Positions 10,174-22,162 of a stretch of 42,100 bases of DNA are shown piece after piece. A model generated the notes under the pieces. That model worked only from the letters and a program-made list of their open reading frames with translations. It ran no database searches and was not told where the DNA came from. The stretch spans positions 1-42,100 of the forward strand of contig NIVC01004556.1 of assembly GCA_002269645.1 (NCBI GenBank), given 5' to 3'. A program made the position numbers and the translations under genes. Positions within the stretch are counted from its first letter, which is position 1. Each line of letters begins with the position of its first letter. Origin of the DNA: Macrostomum lignano (lineage: Eukaryota).

Positions 10174-10787
10174 CCCTGAGGTCTCTTTTTGTCACTGCCC
10201 GCGCCTCTCTCTCTCCGGAATACGCAACGCGCTACGCTGCCCCACTCCAGTCTCGAGTCACTTCAAGGCTAATTTGTCGCTTCGGAGTTGACTATTAAAG
10301 TACAGCTTGGGTGCAGCTTGGCTGAGCCTCTGCTGCTGCCCAGTCAGGACCCGGGGGCAGTCTGGTTTGTGATTGACCAACTGGCATTTGCGTGAGTTGC
10401 CCAACACTTCTTGGTCTTTGCTGTCTTTGCCCAGCGAGGTCAGTTCTTTCAGTCAGCTCAGTCCTGGCCAGGTCTTAAACTTGTCTCTTGCACGCAAAAC
10501 GCCCCGAGCTGTAGGCTATAGTTAAAAAACTGATTAGATCTGAAAGCATAAATAGCATTGCATCCAAATGTGATGAGTACATCAGAACACTGTACATGTT
10601 GTTAGTTTGCACAAAACTATAAAGGCCTCGCTGCACACCTAAGGCGTCACAATTGTTATGAGGAAGTGCATCGAAGCAGCTGGAGGGTACTTCAAAAAAG
10701 TGCTAAAATGTGTTTCTTATTTTACATTGTTTCTCAAATATTCGACAATTTCGATTGTTAGAAAAGCTCAAATATTCTCTACACCAG

Positions 10788-10913
10788 GCTGCCAGGTGCT
10801 GTTTAGCGGGTCTGCAAACACATCCTGGCTGCAGGTTGGCAGATCCGAGGGCCCCGAGACCGTGACGGGATGTCAAACATTTTTCTTGCATCAACGAGAC
10901 CTATTTTCGAAAG
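10788..10913 (+). CDS. Alpha-arrestin exon 2
   Basis: ccag| acceptor and |gtacgc donor, phase 1/1. GCQVLFSGSANTSW...GCQTFF matches the arrestin_N G.A...W...E.YF pattern. Confidence 0.8.
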
Positions 10914-11149
10914 GTACGCTTCTTGCAATGCCAAAAACATTTTAACAATATTAGAATTTTAAAGACCTCATTTTCCTAAATCTGTCCACGATGCTTTAGA
11001 ATCTCATATTTTCATCATATGGCACTAGATAGCTCATATTCCGCTTTGCCGAGCATGAGAAAAGCCTATGAACCACAGAAAATTATTACTAAACCTCTTA
11101 TCGATGTCCCTGAACTGATTGGGGGTTGCCCCTGGACCAATTAGGAGCC

Positions 11150-11487
11150 TGAACCCCATTGGGAGTCACCCCGAACCGATCGGAATTCACTCCGAACCGA
11201 TCGGAAGTCACCCCGAACCGATCGGAATTCACTCCGAACCGATCGGAAGTCACCCCGAACCGATCGGAATTCACTCCGAACCGATCGGAAATCACCCCGA
11301 ACCGATTGGAAGTCATCCCCGAACCGATCGGAAGTCATCCCCGAACCGATTGGAAGTCATCCCCGAACCGATTGGAAGTCACCCCGAACCAATCGGAAGT
11401 CACCCCGAACCGATCGGAAGTCACCCCGAACCGATCGGAAGTCATTCCGGAACCGATCGGAAGTCACCTCGAACCGATCGGAATTCG
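11150..11487. repeat. 21-bp minisatellite (about 16 copies) with a palindromic core CCGATCGG
   Basis: Unit ccccgaaccgatcggaagtca with variants. Confidence 0.95.
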
Positions 11488-12350
11488 TTCCTGAGCCGAG
11501 TTGAAATTTCCCCAACGCCTCTCTGAAAATCGCCCCTGATCCACCAAGGACTCTTCGAAAACTTTCAAAATAAAAGTCACTTAGGCAGGCTATTTCAACA
11601 GCTACAGCATGTGTTGTGTCCGAGTACATGCATGCAAGCGTCATCATCTGTGATAGAAGCTGTATTTATACCAGTACAATCCTCTTCGTGTTGAAATATT
11701 TTCATTTGTTGCATATTAGCCTGAATGCATTCTATTTCTTCTTCATAGAAATTCTCTCCATTATCGTTTGCTTTTGCGAGCTGAAGCAGGAATACAGCGG
11801 AGTTCAGCCAATTATCTAAAAATCACCGGCGCCATTGATGCATTCGCTAACCTTGCGTGACATCCGATTGCGTTTTTCTCCAAACAGGAGGCCAGTCCAT
11901 ATAATTTTAATTGAAAAAAATCAGTCCATAGATCCATAGCTTATTAATGAGACGGTCGCGTCACTTCCAAGAGCACGGCCGCAGCTACGAGCAGTGGCTT
12001 TTAAATGTGCAGGAAGGCTATACCAGGTAGCGAGCGGGCACCCTGGCGTAAAGCCTTCGACGACATCGTCCCACAACCAGCACAGAGGCAATTCTGCTCA
12101 TCAGGGTGTACAGCGAAGATTATAATCGTCAAGGAATGTACACTCGATCCGCCTTGGGGGTTGGCCCTCATGGCCGTGAATGGCATAACAACCATCTGGC
12201 TAATTTCAGAGTCAGACACGATTACCGCTGAGCTGGTCTGTCCCCGCTGGCAACCACTTAGAATATTTCAGGGCGGGCGGCAAAATCTCTTGAAAATGCC
12301 TTTAAAAATCACTTTATCAGAACAATAATTTCCTTACGAACCAACTTCAG

Positions 12351-12634
12351 ACGTCCTTGATCGAGTGAACTCAAAACCTGCCGCAGATCGAAGCAACCAA
12401 TCTGGGGTTGTGCTGCAGGCCGGCCTGCATCAGTTCCGCTTTGAGTTCCAGCTGCCAACAGACCTGCCATCGTCGTTTGAATACAAATCCGACTGCGGCG
12501 GCCGCGTCCTCGGCCGAGTGCAGTACTGCATCAGAGCCGACGTTGAAAATGCCCGGCGAACCGCTTGCCACAGCCGGGAGCGCCAGATTGTGGTAATCAG
12601 GCCGTACAACCTGAATGACAGTCCACACCTGGCG
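12351..12634 (+). CDS. Alpha-arrestin exon 3
   Basis: ttcag| acceptor and |gtgagt donor. LQAGLHQFRFEFQLPTDLPSSFE...GRVQYCIRA is the arrestin_N signature; followed by VIRPYNLN. Confidence 0.93.
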
Positions 12635-12879
12635 GTGAGTTACCTCAGAATGGAAACCAACCCTGTTGGTTGGTTGGTTAATTTGTTTGCAAAGGGTGGC
12701 GGTCAGCGGGTGCTGGTATAATTTATTTCGGCAATTAGGCATGCCCTGTTCCCCAGACACCTGGATACACACAAGCAATCGTTAATTTAAGTACTTAAGT
12801 AATGGCTGGGCTGACTCTACGCCTTAGAAACACGCTCGCAAGCGTAAATAGTACATCTCGCATTCTCTAAGCCGCACAT

Positions 12880-13170
12880 AATATTAATAATAATCATAAT
12901 AATTAATTACACCTGCACTAATGGGCAGATGTGCAACCGACAGCTCAGCCGCAGCTATTGCGCGGCGCATCTGAAAGCTGCGTACGGCTGTTCAGTCCAA
13001 GGACTGGGGGGTCGCCACACACACCCTCAATTACCCCAGCTAATGCTGGCACCCATTTTACAGCTGGCCGGGTGGACTGAAGCAATGCAGATTTAAGTGT
13101 CTTGCTCAGAAACACAAATTGTTTCCAGTTGGTCGAGAATCGAACTCCCAACCTTACATTCATTTACTAA
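12880..13170 (-). mobile_element. tRNA-derived CORE/MIR-like SINE
   Basis: Minus strand has a B-box-like GGGAGTTCGATTCTC, then tgtg..tgagcaagacacttaa and ctgtaaaatggg (as in the MIR core GGGCAAGTCACTTAA...CTGTAAAATGGG), ending in an (ATT)n-like tail at about 12880-12910. Confidence 0.65.
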
Positions 13171-13184
13171 AAAACAACACACAG

Positions 13185-13550
13185 GATCGCGTCTGTCTCA
13201 AGAAGGAGATCACTCTGGCATGCTGCTGCATCCGCAAAGGTCGCATTGTGTGCGAGCTGGCCCTTGCCAAAAGCGGCTACGTGCCCGGGGAAACGATGGA
13301 CATAAGCGTTCAGCTTTTCAACGGCTCTTCGGCTACCGTCCGAAGCACGCACATCACGTTTCAGCAGCTGGTTGCTCTGTCAGCTGGTAGGAACAGGCAC
13401 CTATCGTCCGCTCTGATTTTCAGCATATCAGGCCAGTGCGTGAAGACTGGCGGCTCTGCCTACTACCATGACGTCATCCACATCCCACCGCTGCCACCAA
13501 GCGGCACGCGACAGTACTGCCAAATAATCAGCGTAGATTACATTGTTCAG
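13185..13550 (+). CDS. Alpha-arrestin exon 4 (arrestin_C)
   Basis: acag| acceptor and cag|gtaatg donor, phase 0/0. LACCCIRKG, KSGYVPGE, HIPPLPPS and IISVDY motifs. Confidence 0.93.
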
Positions 13551-14747
13551 GTAATGTTAGATTTTTCATTTACTCGAATATTCGAATAAAAATCTCCAAT
13601 ACAGTAAAGTGATTTTAGCAAATCTTATAAGTTTTAGGCAGCAAAAATCTACCCAGCTCCGGGTCACGTTCTGATGGAAGACGTGATCCAGAGGAAAAGT
13701 TCTATAGGCAATATTTATTTTATGGCAGTCATCAGCGATGAAAATAATGCTTTGGGTGATTCACACTGAAGCAACGGCTGGGACTGACTTGCAGATCCAT
13801 CCTCCGTTGGGAAGGCAATCATGTTGGGTTGCAGCGGCCGTTCGTCTGGACCCCTAGCTGATGCAATCAGGCGCTCCAAATTGGCTCTCGGATGGAAAAG
13901 TCACTCTCCCGGAGATTGTGCTCCTTCTGACCAGAGGGCAGTGTCGGCTGCAGCTAACAGCAGGTCACGAATAAATAAGCCCGAAAATCACGGAACATAC
14001 TAGTCGTGAACAAGCCGGCAGTGCAGTGATTATTGATTTCCTCATATCGGACGCGCTGCACGTCGTTGATAAGCGGCCCTGAGTGCAGTGCAGAACCTCG
14101 AGCGCCCGAGCAGTGCTATAGAAGTGTGATTGCAAATGTCGCCCGATTTAGGGGGGTGGAGTGCATCACGGTGCGCGGTAGCTTATACTGCCCTGCACTT
14201 TTTCTAACTCGGACGAATCTGAGCAGCGGGCTATAGCCTCTACACTTTCTCTTATACAAGCAGCAGCAAAAGAAGCTTCTTCTAGAGGAAAGCAACGAGA
14301 TTTACTTCGCCCCATTTTGAGTCCGCACGCCAGTTGATAATGCTTGGGGGAATCTGGTAAAGCCTCAGCACTCCTCTTTTCCCAGCTTCGTTCTCACTCA
14401 CTCTTACTCTCAGCATGCCGGCTCCGCGCGGCCTCAAATTCCCCATTGATTACTGGGCTTGAATTAATTCTGATGAGCTTCTACACTTCCCATCCAGACA
14501 GCCGCGACCCCACAGCGATCCATGTTTGGGAGTTTGTAATCCCCCACTCGACATCAACTTGGGAGCTGGGGTTGCAGCCAGCAAACCTTTGCGGATGGAG
14601 ATTTGGGCAGTAAGAATGGGATTATTTTCTACGCTCGTAATGTTTCTTTCGCTCATCCCAGGCAGTAGTTGCCAGCCGGAGTTACATAAAGAAAATACGA
14701 ATTGCAACATAAATTTGTTATAGTTAACTGTCATTTTTGCCGCGCAG

Positions 14748-14859
14748 ATTCAAATTGAAACCACTGGCACCCTCGGCGGCAGCCGGGTGCTGGAGCTCAG
14801 CCTGCCGGTCACAATCGGAACCCAGCCGCTGCAAGGCGCCTTCGCGCACTGCCGAGAGG
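14748..14859 (+). CDS. Alpha-arrestin exon 5
   Basis: gcag| acceptor and g|gtaagc donor. LELSLPVTIGTQPL is the end of arrestin_C. Confidence 0.9.
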
Positions 14860-15125
14860 GTAAGCAACTGTGGCTTTCTTGCTATTGCTCAATGTACTTT
14901 TAAATCGTCTGAAATCGATTTGCTTCGTCTTTTTCAATTTTTTTGGGTTTTTCTGCCCTCAACTGGACTTGAACAAGGCCAGCTCTTGATTTGGGATTAT
15001 TTTGATCAAGTTGGTGATTTTTTAAGAACCTAGAACTGCTACTTTTCCTGTTCGAGATTAAACTGCAGCACCAAAAATTGTAGGAAATTTGGTCGCAAAT
15101 GTTTTACTCTGCCCGCTCTTCACCT

Positions 15126-15668
<543 letters not shown>

Positions 15669-15698
15669 ATCGAACTTGTCTGCCGCTATCCCACGCAG

Positions 15699-15931
15699 TG
15701 GTTCCATGCTACGCTCACTTCGACTTTAACACCGGCGACATTCTTGAGCACGAATCGGCACCTGCAGGCGCGCAGCCACCGTTGGGGCAGCCGGTCTATC
15801 TATACTATAAGACTGAACGGCGCCAGCTGGAAATTTCGAGCGGTGCAGCGATGGCTTCGGACCGGGAACCCAGCGGCAACTGCATTGGCGCCCGAGACGG
15901 AGCTGCACCGAGACGAGACTCTGTACTATAG
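15699..15931 (+). CDS. Alpha-arrestin terminal exon
   Basis: cccacgcag| phase-1 acceptor matches exon 5. VPCYAHF...QPVYLYY resembles alpha-arrestin tails. TAG at 15929-15931; AATAAA at 16420-16425. Confidence 0.75.
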
Positions 15932-17699
15932 ATACTTAGTGGTACTATTTGGATCCAGTGCTTAAATTGAAGTGTCTGTATGCTACCTCTTTAAAACTTC
16001 AAGCTGCCTGGTAGTCAACAGAGTTGTCCTTAACTACATGTAAAACCCTTAGCCTGTGGGTCCATAGTTCCATAGTCTGTGGGTGAGACAAACTTGACTT
16101 CTAGAGAGCCTTTCCTGCCTAGCATGGCCAGCAGTGATCCCCAGTCATTGAATATTGTTTGCTCACTTTGCTCGCTTTGCATAGCAGAGTGTTAAAGTGG
16201 CAGCGTTAGTCTATGGCCAGCCCTGCTGACCAAGCCGGCGGGAACAGAATTTTCATCTTCAGGTTCCGGCATAAAGATGTTTTGAACTGGTAGCTAATTC
16301 CATGCTTCGAGCTTCGAGCAGTGAATGTTGAGCAGTAAAGCATTAATTAGCTTTTTTTCTATATTAATTTTTTAATTAGTTAAGTAAATTGCTTTTATAA
16401 TGTGCTTGATTTCTTAACCAATAAACAGCATTACGATGATTGCGCCGGAGCGAAACGGGATCAAAATTAAACTTGATTAGGAAATTGATTTTAACAGAAC
16501 TTCGAGCAGATGTTTCCGACTTTTCAAATAATTCGGCGTAATTATTACCATCTTAATTTGTCAAGTACATGTAGCTAGTTCTGCTTTATATTAATGTTTT
16601 AGACTGGTTTCTTCGTGTAAGTTTTGCGCGAATTCGATTCGTTTCTCAGAGTGTCAACCGTATGAATTATATTAATTAATTATAAGCATGAAGATTCATA
16701 CTGGTCAGCGCATTCAATGTTGAGTTTGTTAAATAATTAAAACTAAACAAATTTAAAAATCTTTGTTTTTTGGAATTAGAGATTTCCTTTAATTTTTTTA
16801 AATAATTTATTTATTTATTTGAATAAATAATTTATTTCTAAACAGATAAAATTTTTCTTTGAGCCATCAGCTTAATGACATTTATTTCACTGGGAAATCC
16901 ATGTGAAACAGACCAGTCTAGAATGAGAAATCAGAAAACAAGTCATAGCTACTGCAGATGCATCCCGTAAAAATTGTTAGATGACATCGAATATTTATTT
17001 ATTTATGTTCAAAGAATCAAGACGCGGCCAATGCTATCGATAGAGTAATTAAATGTATGGTTTATAAACTATTTAACATTAATTTTCCAAGAAACTATAT
17101 TCAACATGATGTAAAATTTATTAAAAAAAGCGGTTCACCGCAGTGGCGAGGTAAATGATTAATAGTTTTCCAACGATATAACACCTACGAGAAAGCAAAA
17201 TTTAGTTCTTATTAAACACATGAATAAAGTATTAAAAGAATGTTTTAAAAAAATACTTAAGATAGTGTTTTTATTAGTAGAAAATGAAGTCATACACTAA
17301 ACTAAACCTATAAATAGCCTTTCAGTTAGCGCTTCTATTAAAAAAATTTCGCAATAAAAAACAAAATTTTTCCTTTATCGCGTGTTTTAGTCGTGTCAAG
17401 CGATTAAAATAATTTGAACTGATTATTTGCTTTTCAATGCAATTACATACGACTATGACCTACGGTAATGTGCTCTAATAAAGAATACATTGAGCGAAAA
17501 GGAAGGATAAATGAAATTTTCTACAATTTTTATGCTGTAAGTGAAATAACAAATAAGCTATAAATTAAAACTTTATCAAACGAAGTTACACAGCAGAAAG
17601 CTACTGTAAAACGTAGATCGCACGCGAGACCCAAACTGCTGTATCCCCCAGAAGCCTCACAGTAAATCAAGTTTGTTAAAACTGCTCATCGCTATTCGG

Positions 17700-17738
17700 T
17701 CACATCTTTGTGGCTTCGTCATGCTCGAACTGCGAATT
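17700..17738 (-). CDS. SLC6 transporter exon 10 (39-nt terminal coding segment, NSQFEHDEATKM*)
   Basis: cattgcag| acceptor, phase 0, matches the donor cac|gtgagt at 18302. Ends in a class-I PDZ-like T-K-M. Confidence 0.6.
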   Translation of the reverse strand, partial: NSQFEHDEATKM

Positions 17739-18301
17739 CTGCAATGGGTTGTTGTCGAATATTTAGGCGTCTGATTAAACTTTTGAACAGCACTGCTATT
17801 AAGAAGACAACTATTTAAAACGTCCAAATTCTATCTGAAGGATAAATTCCTCTTCTGAATTCATCATTTAGATCGGTACTGCTCCCTTTCTAGCCTCTAC
17901 TTGTATATATTCATTATACTTGTATATTCATAATATATATAATTACAAGCCTAAAATATTTTAATTTTAAATAAAATATTGGCGATCTGTAGAATGAGTT
18001 TTGACAGGATTTTATTGCGAGCAGTCTTTAGACGAGAAAAAATACGAGCATATTGTCTATATTAATTGTGTAGTTTTGTCTCACAAACACATTTGTAATA
18101 TTGCAAAGGCACCTCAGGCTCAACATTATACCTAGCTCGTACTAATTCAAAACGATGCAGATGAAGTTGACAATTGACAATACATATCTGCTCTCACTGA
18201 TGCATCAGTTTTAAGCAGAATTGGCCTTCCCAATAACTAGTGTTACATCCTTTTCTTACTAATAGCCCCATAAAGTTATAACACAGCTGCAGGGAACTCA
18301 C

Positions 18302-18634
18302 GTGGTAGCCCTTGTCCTCGTCATACTTGTGATGAGGGTTCGACGGATCTTCGATATTGTCCTCAGTCCAGGGATCGACCACGAAGCCGGGCGCGTAGCC
18401 GGCATCGGCCACCTCCTGTCGGAACTTGACCAGCGCTGGGCCCCAGTAGCGAGTCGGCTGCACCAGGGCGCGCAGGTTGCCACGGGACTGCCAGACGGCG
18501 ATGCCCGATACCACAACGATGCTGGCCAGCACGCTGAAAGTCAGCAGCCAGCCGATGACCTGAGCCCAGTCGGGCAGCACGTTGCCGCCGTACGATGATG
18601 GGCTGAACTTCACCCAGGAGAAAACCATCGTCAC
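18302..18634 (-). CDS. SLC6 transporter exon 9 (TM11-TM12, C-tail)
   Basis: YGGNVLPDWAQVIGWLL and QPTRYWGPAL; caacag| acceptor and |gtgagt donor. Confidence 0.9.
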
Positions 18635-18788
18635 CTGTTGATGTGGAGTTTTAGAAGAAAATCAACTAGATTGGTTTGATCAGCTCTGCTCTGCCAACTT
18701 TTAGCATTTTCTACCTAGATTCTTTTAACTTATCACAGCGACGACACTCTAAACAAGAAGAAACAAAACGATATTAGAATATTTGAGT

Positions 18789-19120
18789 ACTAGAAGACAC
18801 TAGAAGACACTAGCAGAGACTAGCAGACACTAGAAGACAGTAGCAGACAGTAGCAGACACTAGAAGACACTAGCAGACAGTAGCAGACACTAGAAGACAC
18901 TAGCAGACACTAGCAGACACTAGAAGACACTAGAAGGCACTAGAAGACACTAGAAGACACTAGAAGATACTAGCAGACACTAGCAGACACTAGCAGACAC
19001 TAGAAGACACTAGCGGACACTAGCAGACAGTAGCAGACACTAGAAGACAGTAGCAGACACTAGAAGACACTAGAAGACACTAGAAGACACTAGAAGATAC
19101 TAGCAGACACTAGCAGACAC
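18789..19120. repeat. 10-bp minisatellite (about 33 copies) in SLC6 intron 8
   Basis: Units actagaagac and actagcagac. Confidence 0.97.
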
Positions 19121-19201
19121 TGAAAGACATTAAAAGAAACTCTAGGTATTCCGCCTATGATTCTGATTAACGAAAGAGTTTCATGTGCAAAAGATACTCA
19201 C

Positions 19202-19671
19202 GGCGACGAGGCCGGGTGTAAAGGCGCACCAGCAGATGATCCACCACCACTTAAAAATGAACCAGGGGATGCAGCCAGCCACGATGGGTCCAGTCATGGC
19301 CTCAATGTCGTCGCAAAAGCGCTTCACGCCGTATACATAGCAGATGGAGACGCACTCGAGAATGGCGATCACCATGATGTTCCAGCCTCCGCTGTAGTCG
19401 TCAAAGATGGTCAGCAGCTGCGGTCCGCCAGGAGTGCACATGCTCAGTCCGATGAAGAAGAATACGACTGAAATGCCCAGGATTAGCAGGGTCTTGTAGC
19501 GCCGGGTGCGAGGCCACTTGTCCTGCACTGCGGTGACAACGGTCTCGATCAGGGTGAACTGCGAGTCCAGGCCGAGGGTGATCAGCATCACGAAGAACAG
19601 AATAGCCCACAGCGGCGACACGGGCAGGCTAGTCACAGCCTGGGGGTAAACGATGAAAGCCAGGGCCACAC
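19202..19671 (-). CDS. SLC6 transporter exon 8 (TM8-TM10)
   Basis: GVALAFIVYPQAV, PLWAILFFVMLITLGLDSQF and YVYGVKRFCDDIEAM; canonical splice sites. Confidence 0.95.
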
Positions 19672-19761
19672 CTGAAAGCAAGATAAGATTTAAGGTTTAA
19701 ATTTTCTGCTTATTGTGCGTATCAGCTTCGTGCGGGTTCTCAACTGAGTAGGACAACTCAC

Positions 19762-20125
19762 CGCTGTCAACCACGTTGGTCACTTCAGTATTGAGCAGAG
19801 TGGCTAGGTAGCCAAGGAAGCTGAACACGACAAAGCCGGCAAACACGGAGGTGGCGCAGTTGCAAATCGACACCAGCATAGCGTCCCGGACTGTATCGGT
19901 CTTGAACCGGTTGTAGCTGGCCAGAGTGATGAGGCCGCCCCAGCTGGCGGACAGGGAGAAAAAGATCTGAACAGCAGCGTCCTTCCACACCGTGGAGTCC
20001 TGCAGGCGGCTCAGATCCGGCTTCAGGTAGAAATCAATGCCCTTCTCGTAGCCCGGCAGGGTGAGGCCGCGAATCAGCAGGATGATCAGCACCACGTAGG
20101 GGAAGATAGCCGTGAAGTAGACCAC
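19762..20125 (-). CDS. SLC6 transporter exon 7 (TM5-TM7)
   Basis: VVYFTAIFPYVVL...VWKDAAVQIFFSLSASWGGLITLASYN; canonical splice sites. Confidence 0.95.
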
Positions 20126-21145
20126 CTATGGGAGTGATGACACATCCGGGATACTGAAGCAGACTATCTTAGAATATTTACTTTGGTGCATTATTATCAT
20201 GTTAAAGTATTTCTCTACAACCGATTTCTTCAACAAGGAAGTAAGTTCCCAAACGCTTAATACGTGAAGATCGCTTAATCAAAAGTTGTACCATCGCTTG
20301 TTACTGTAAGTAGCTTGTTGAAGAAATAGTCTTAGTCATGCTGCGAAAAGTGGTCAATTTAAGACACATTAATTAGCTTGAATTAATATGGAAGCAGGTT
20401 TAGCTAATTAAGCCTAGTTTTGTAACAGCTGACACAGTTAATCAAAAAGCATATCGCTGTTTTTTAGCGAAGAAGCGTTTCCGTACGCCCCCACCGGTGA
20501 GAAAAATATTTATGCTCCGCGGACAAACCTATACGGGTGTATTAAATTGAAAAGGTTGGATCGGCAAGGTGGGGGGGGGGGTTCATTGTGCGACACGCTC
20601 TACTGCTGCTACTCGGTACATTTTTTGAACAAGAGAGAGAGAACATTTTTATTTTCATAGCATACGAACTAGTTGCCGATGCAGACTTGCAGACAGACTG
20701 ATGCAAGTACGCTCGTTTTTCAAAGAATTTTGTGCGAGCGATGCTAAGCTTTTGAAGGCTGAGCTGCGCCGGGGATGACGGCCGCTAGAGAGAGTTGGCC
20801 AAAGCAGGTGAAATAAAAAAGGTAAGAAAAATAGGAGAGAAGGAAAGAAAAGCAGCGCAACCCATTTATGCACCTTCACGTGACAGCTTCTGCGCGAGCG
20901 GACTCGGCCAAACTACGTCGGTGGAAAATTCCGATGCCAGCTCTGAGCTGTGAGTGGAAGATTCCACTGTCGCCTACTGTGCACGAAAGGAATGCGCGGC
21001 ATTAGTCTTTCAGCAGTTTTGGCGCGCAAAACCAGCGCCTATTCCGTGTAATGCATTGGCATATAACGACCTTTTTTCGGCGGCTGCGACTGTAGCCTTT
21101 GATGCAATTAAATGTTTCTGCTAACATTTTTAATTGTAACCTAAC

Positions 21146-21281
21146 CTTTCCACTGCTCTTGATACCCTTGGAGAGCGAGGCGAAGACGACAATCCAGCCC
21201 AGCAGAAGGCAGAGGCTCATGTCCCAGCGCAGCGGGCCCATGTTGCCGATGCTGCCAAGCCGGTCTTGCAGGCCAACGTAG
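21146..21281 (-). CDS. SLC6 transporter exon 6 (TM4)
   Basis: GPLRWDMSLCLLLGWIVVFASLSKGIKSSGK; tttag| acceptor and |gttagg donor. Confidence 0.93.
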
Positions 21282-21437
21282 CTAAAAGGGAGAGAAAAGT
21301 CATGCAGTCACTAGTTTCGAAGTGGACCAAAAAATGGATGCGTGGAAGACCATACGACGGGTATGTACACACTTTCTATAGCTTTAGCTGGCTATGAAGC
21401 TCAGATCGTTGGGCACAAGTAATCACGATCAACTCAC

Positions 21438-21633
21438 TTGAGGTACTCGTTGCTGGCGGGCCTGGCGCTGTAACCAGCGGCAGTGGCGGCCTCGGCGTCA
21501 TAGATGCCGTACAGAGTTCGAGTTCCGTTGGTGTCAAGCCAGCATGTGCCGTTGATGCCGGTGCCATTGTCGATTCGGAGGTTCAAGTCGTTGTTGCACG
21601 TTGAGTTCACCGGAGTAAGACGCTCGCGGCAGA
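21438..21633 (-). CDS. SLC6 transporter exon 5 (extracellular loop 2)
   Basis: Four N-glycosylation sequons and PASNEY; phases 1/2 are consistent with the flanking exons. Confidence 0.9.
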
Positions 21634-21710
21634 CTGTGAAGTTGGTAAAATTAATTTTAGTGCCAATTAATATACTAATCAAGACATCATAATAACCGCA
21701 AAATGCTTAC

Positions 21711-21851
21711 GTTCGGTGCTCCACGAGCCGCACTCGCTCCAGGGCAGCTTCGAGGTGAACGAGGTGAACAGGTACCAGAAGGACCAGGCAATGATGATAT
21801 TGTAATAAATTCCCACCAGGCCGGATACGATCACCATGCCGACACCGACGC
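21711..21851 (-). CDS. SLC6 transporter exon 4 (TM3)
   Basis: GVGVGMVIVSGLVGIYYNIIIAWSFWYLF...LPWSEC. Confidence 0.95.
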
Positions 21852-21948
21852 CTGGGTTTAAAAGTTGAAAGAGAAAATTGATATTTAATTGGTTTACACT
21901 TGCCGTAACTCTACGTGCAGTATAAGCGGCTCATTATTGCCGACTCAC

Positions 21949-22080
21949 CTCGGAACAGCGGAGCGAACTCCCAACAGGACAGCGGCCCGGAGCTGCAGAA
22001 TTGGCCGAGCGACAGCTCCAAGCAGAAGATGGGCATGCCGCAGAAGAACAAAAAGATGCAATACGGAATGAAGAACGCAC
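21949..22080 (-). CDS. SLC6 transporter exon 3 (TM2)
   Basis: GAFFIPYCIFLFFCGMPIFCLELSLGQF. Confidence 0.95.
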
Positions 22081-22162
22081 CTAAGTAGAAGAAAAATAAT
22101 TAGGCGCCGCATAAAGACCTTGTACACAAAAAGTTAATCCATCCACATCCACGATCACTCAC

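Noticed and set aside
10658-10700. RKCIEAAGGYF resembling the C-terminus of Tc1/mariner transposases
   Set aside because: Only about 11 residues, closed by an upstream in-frame stop; no DDE/D motifs or TIRs found.
13120-13175. Possible tRNA gene (GTTCGA B-box on minus)
   Set aside because: No cloverleaf or intact A-box; context fits a SINE head.
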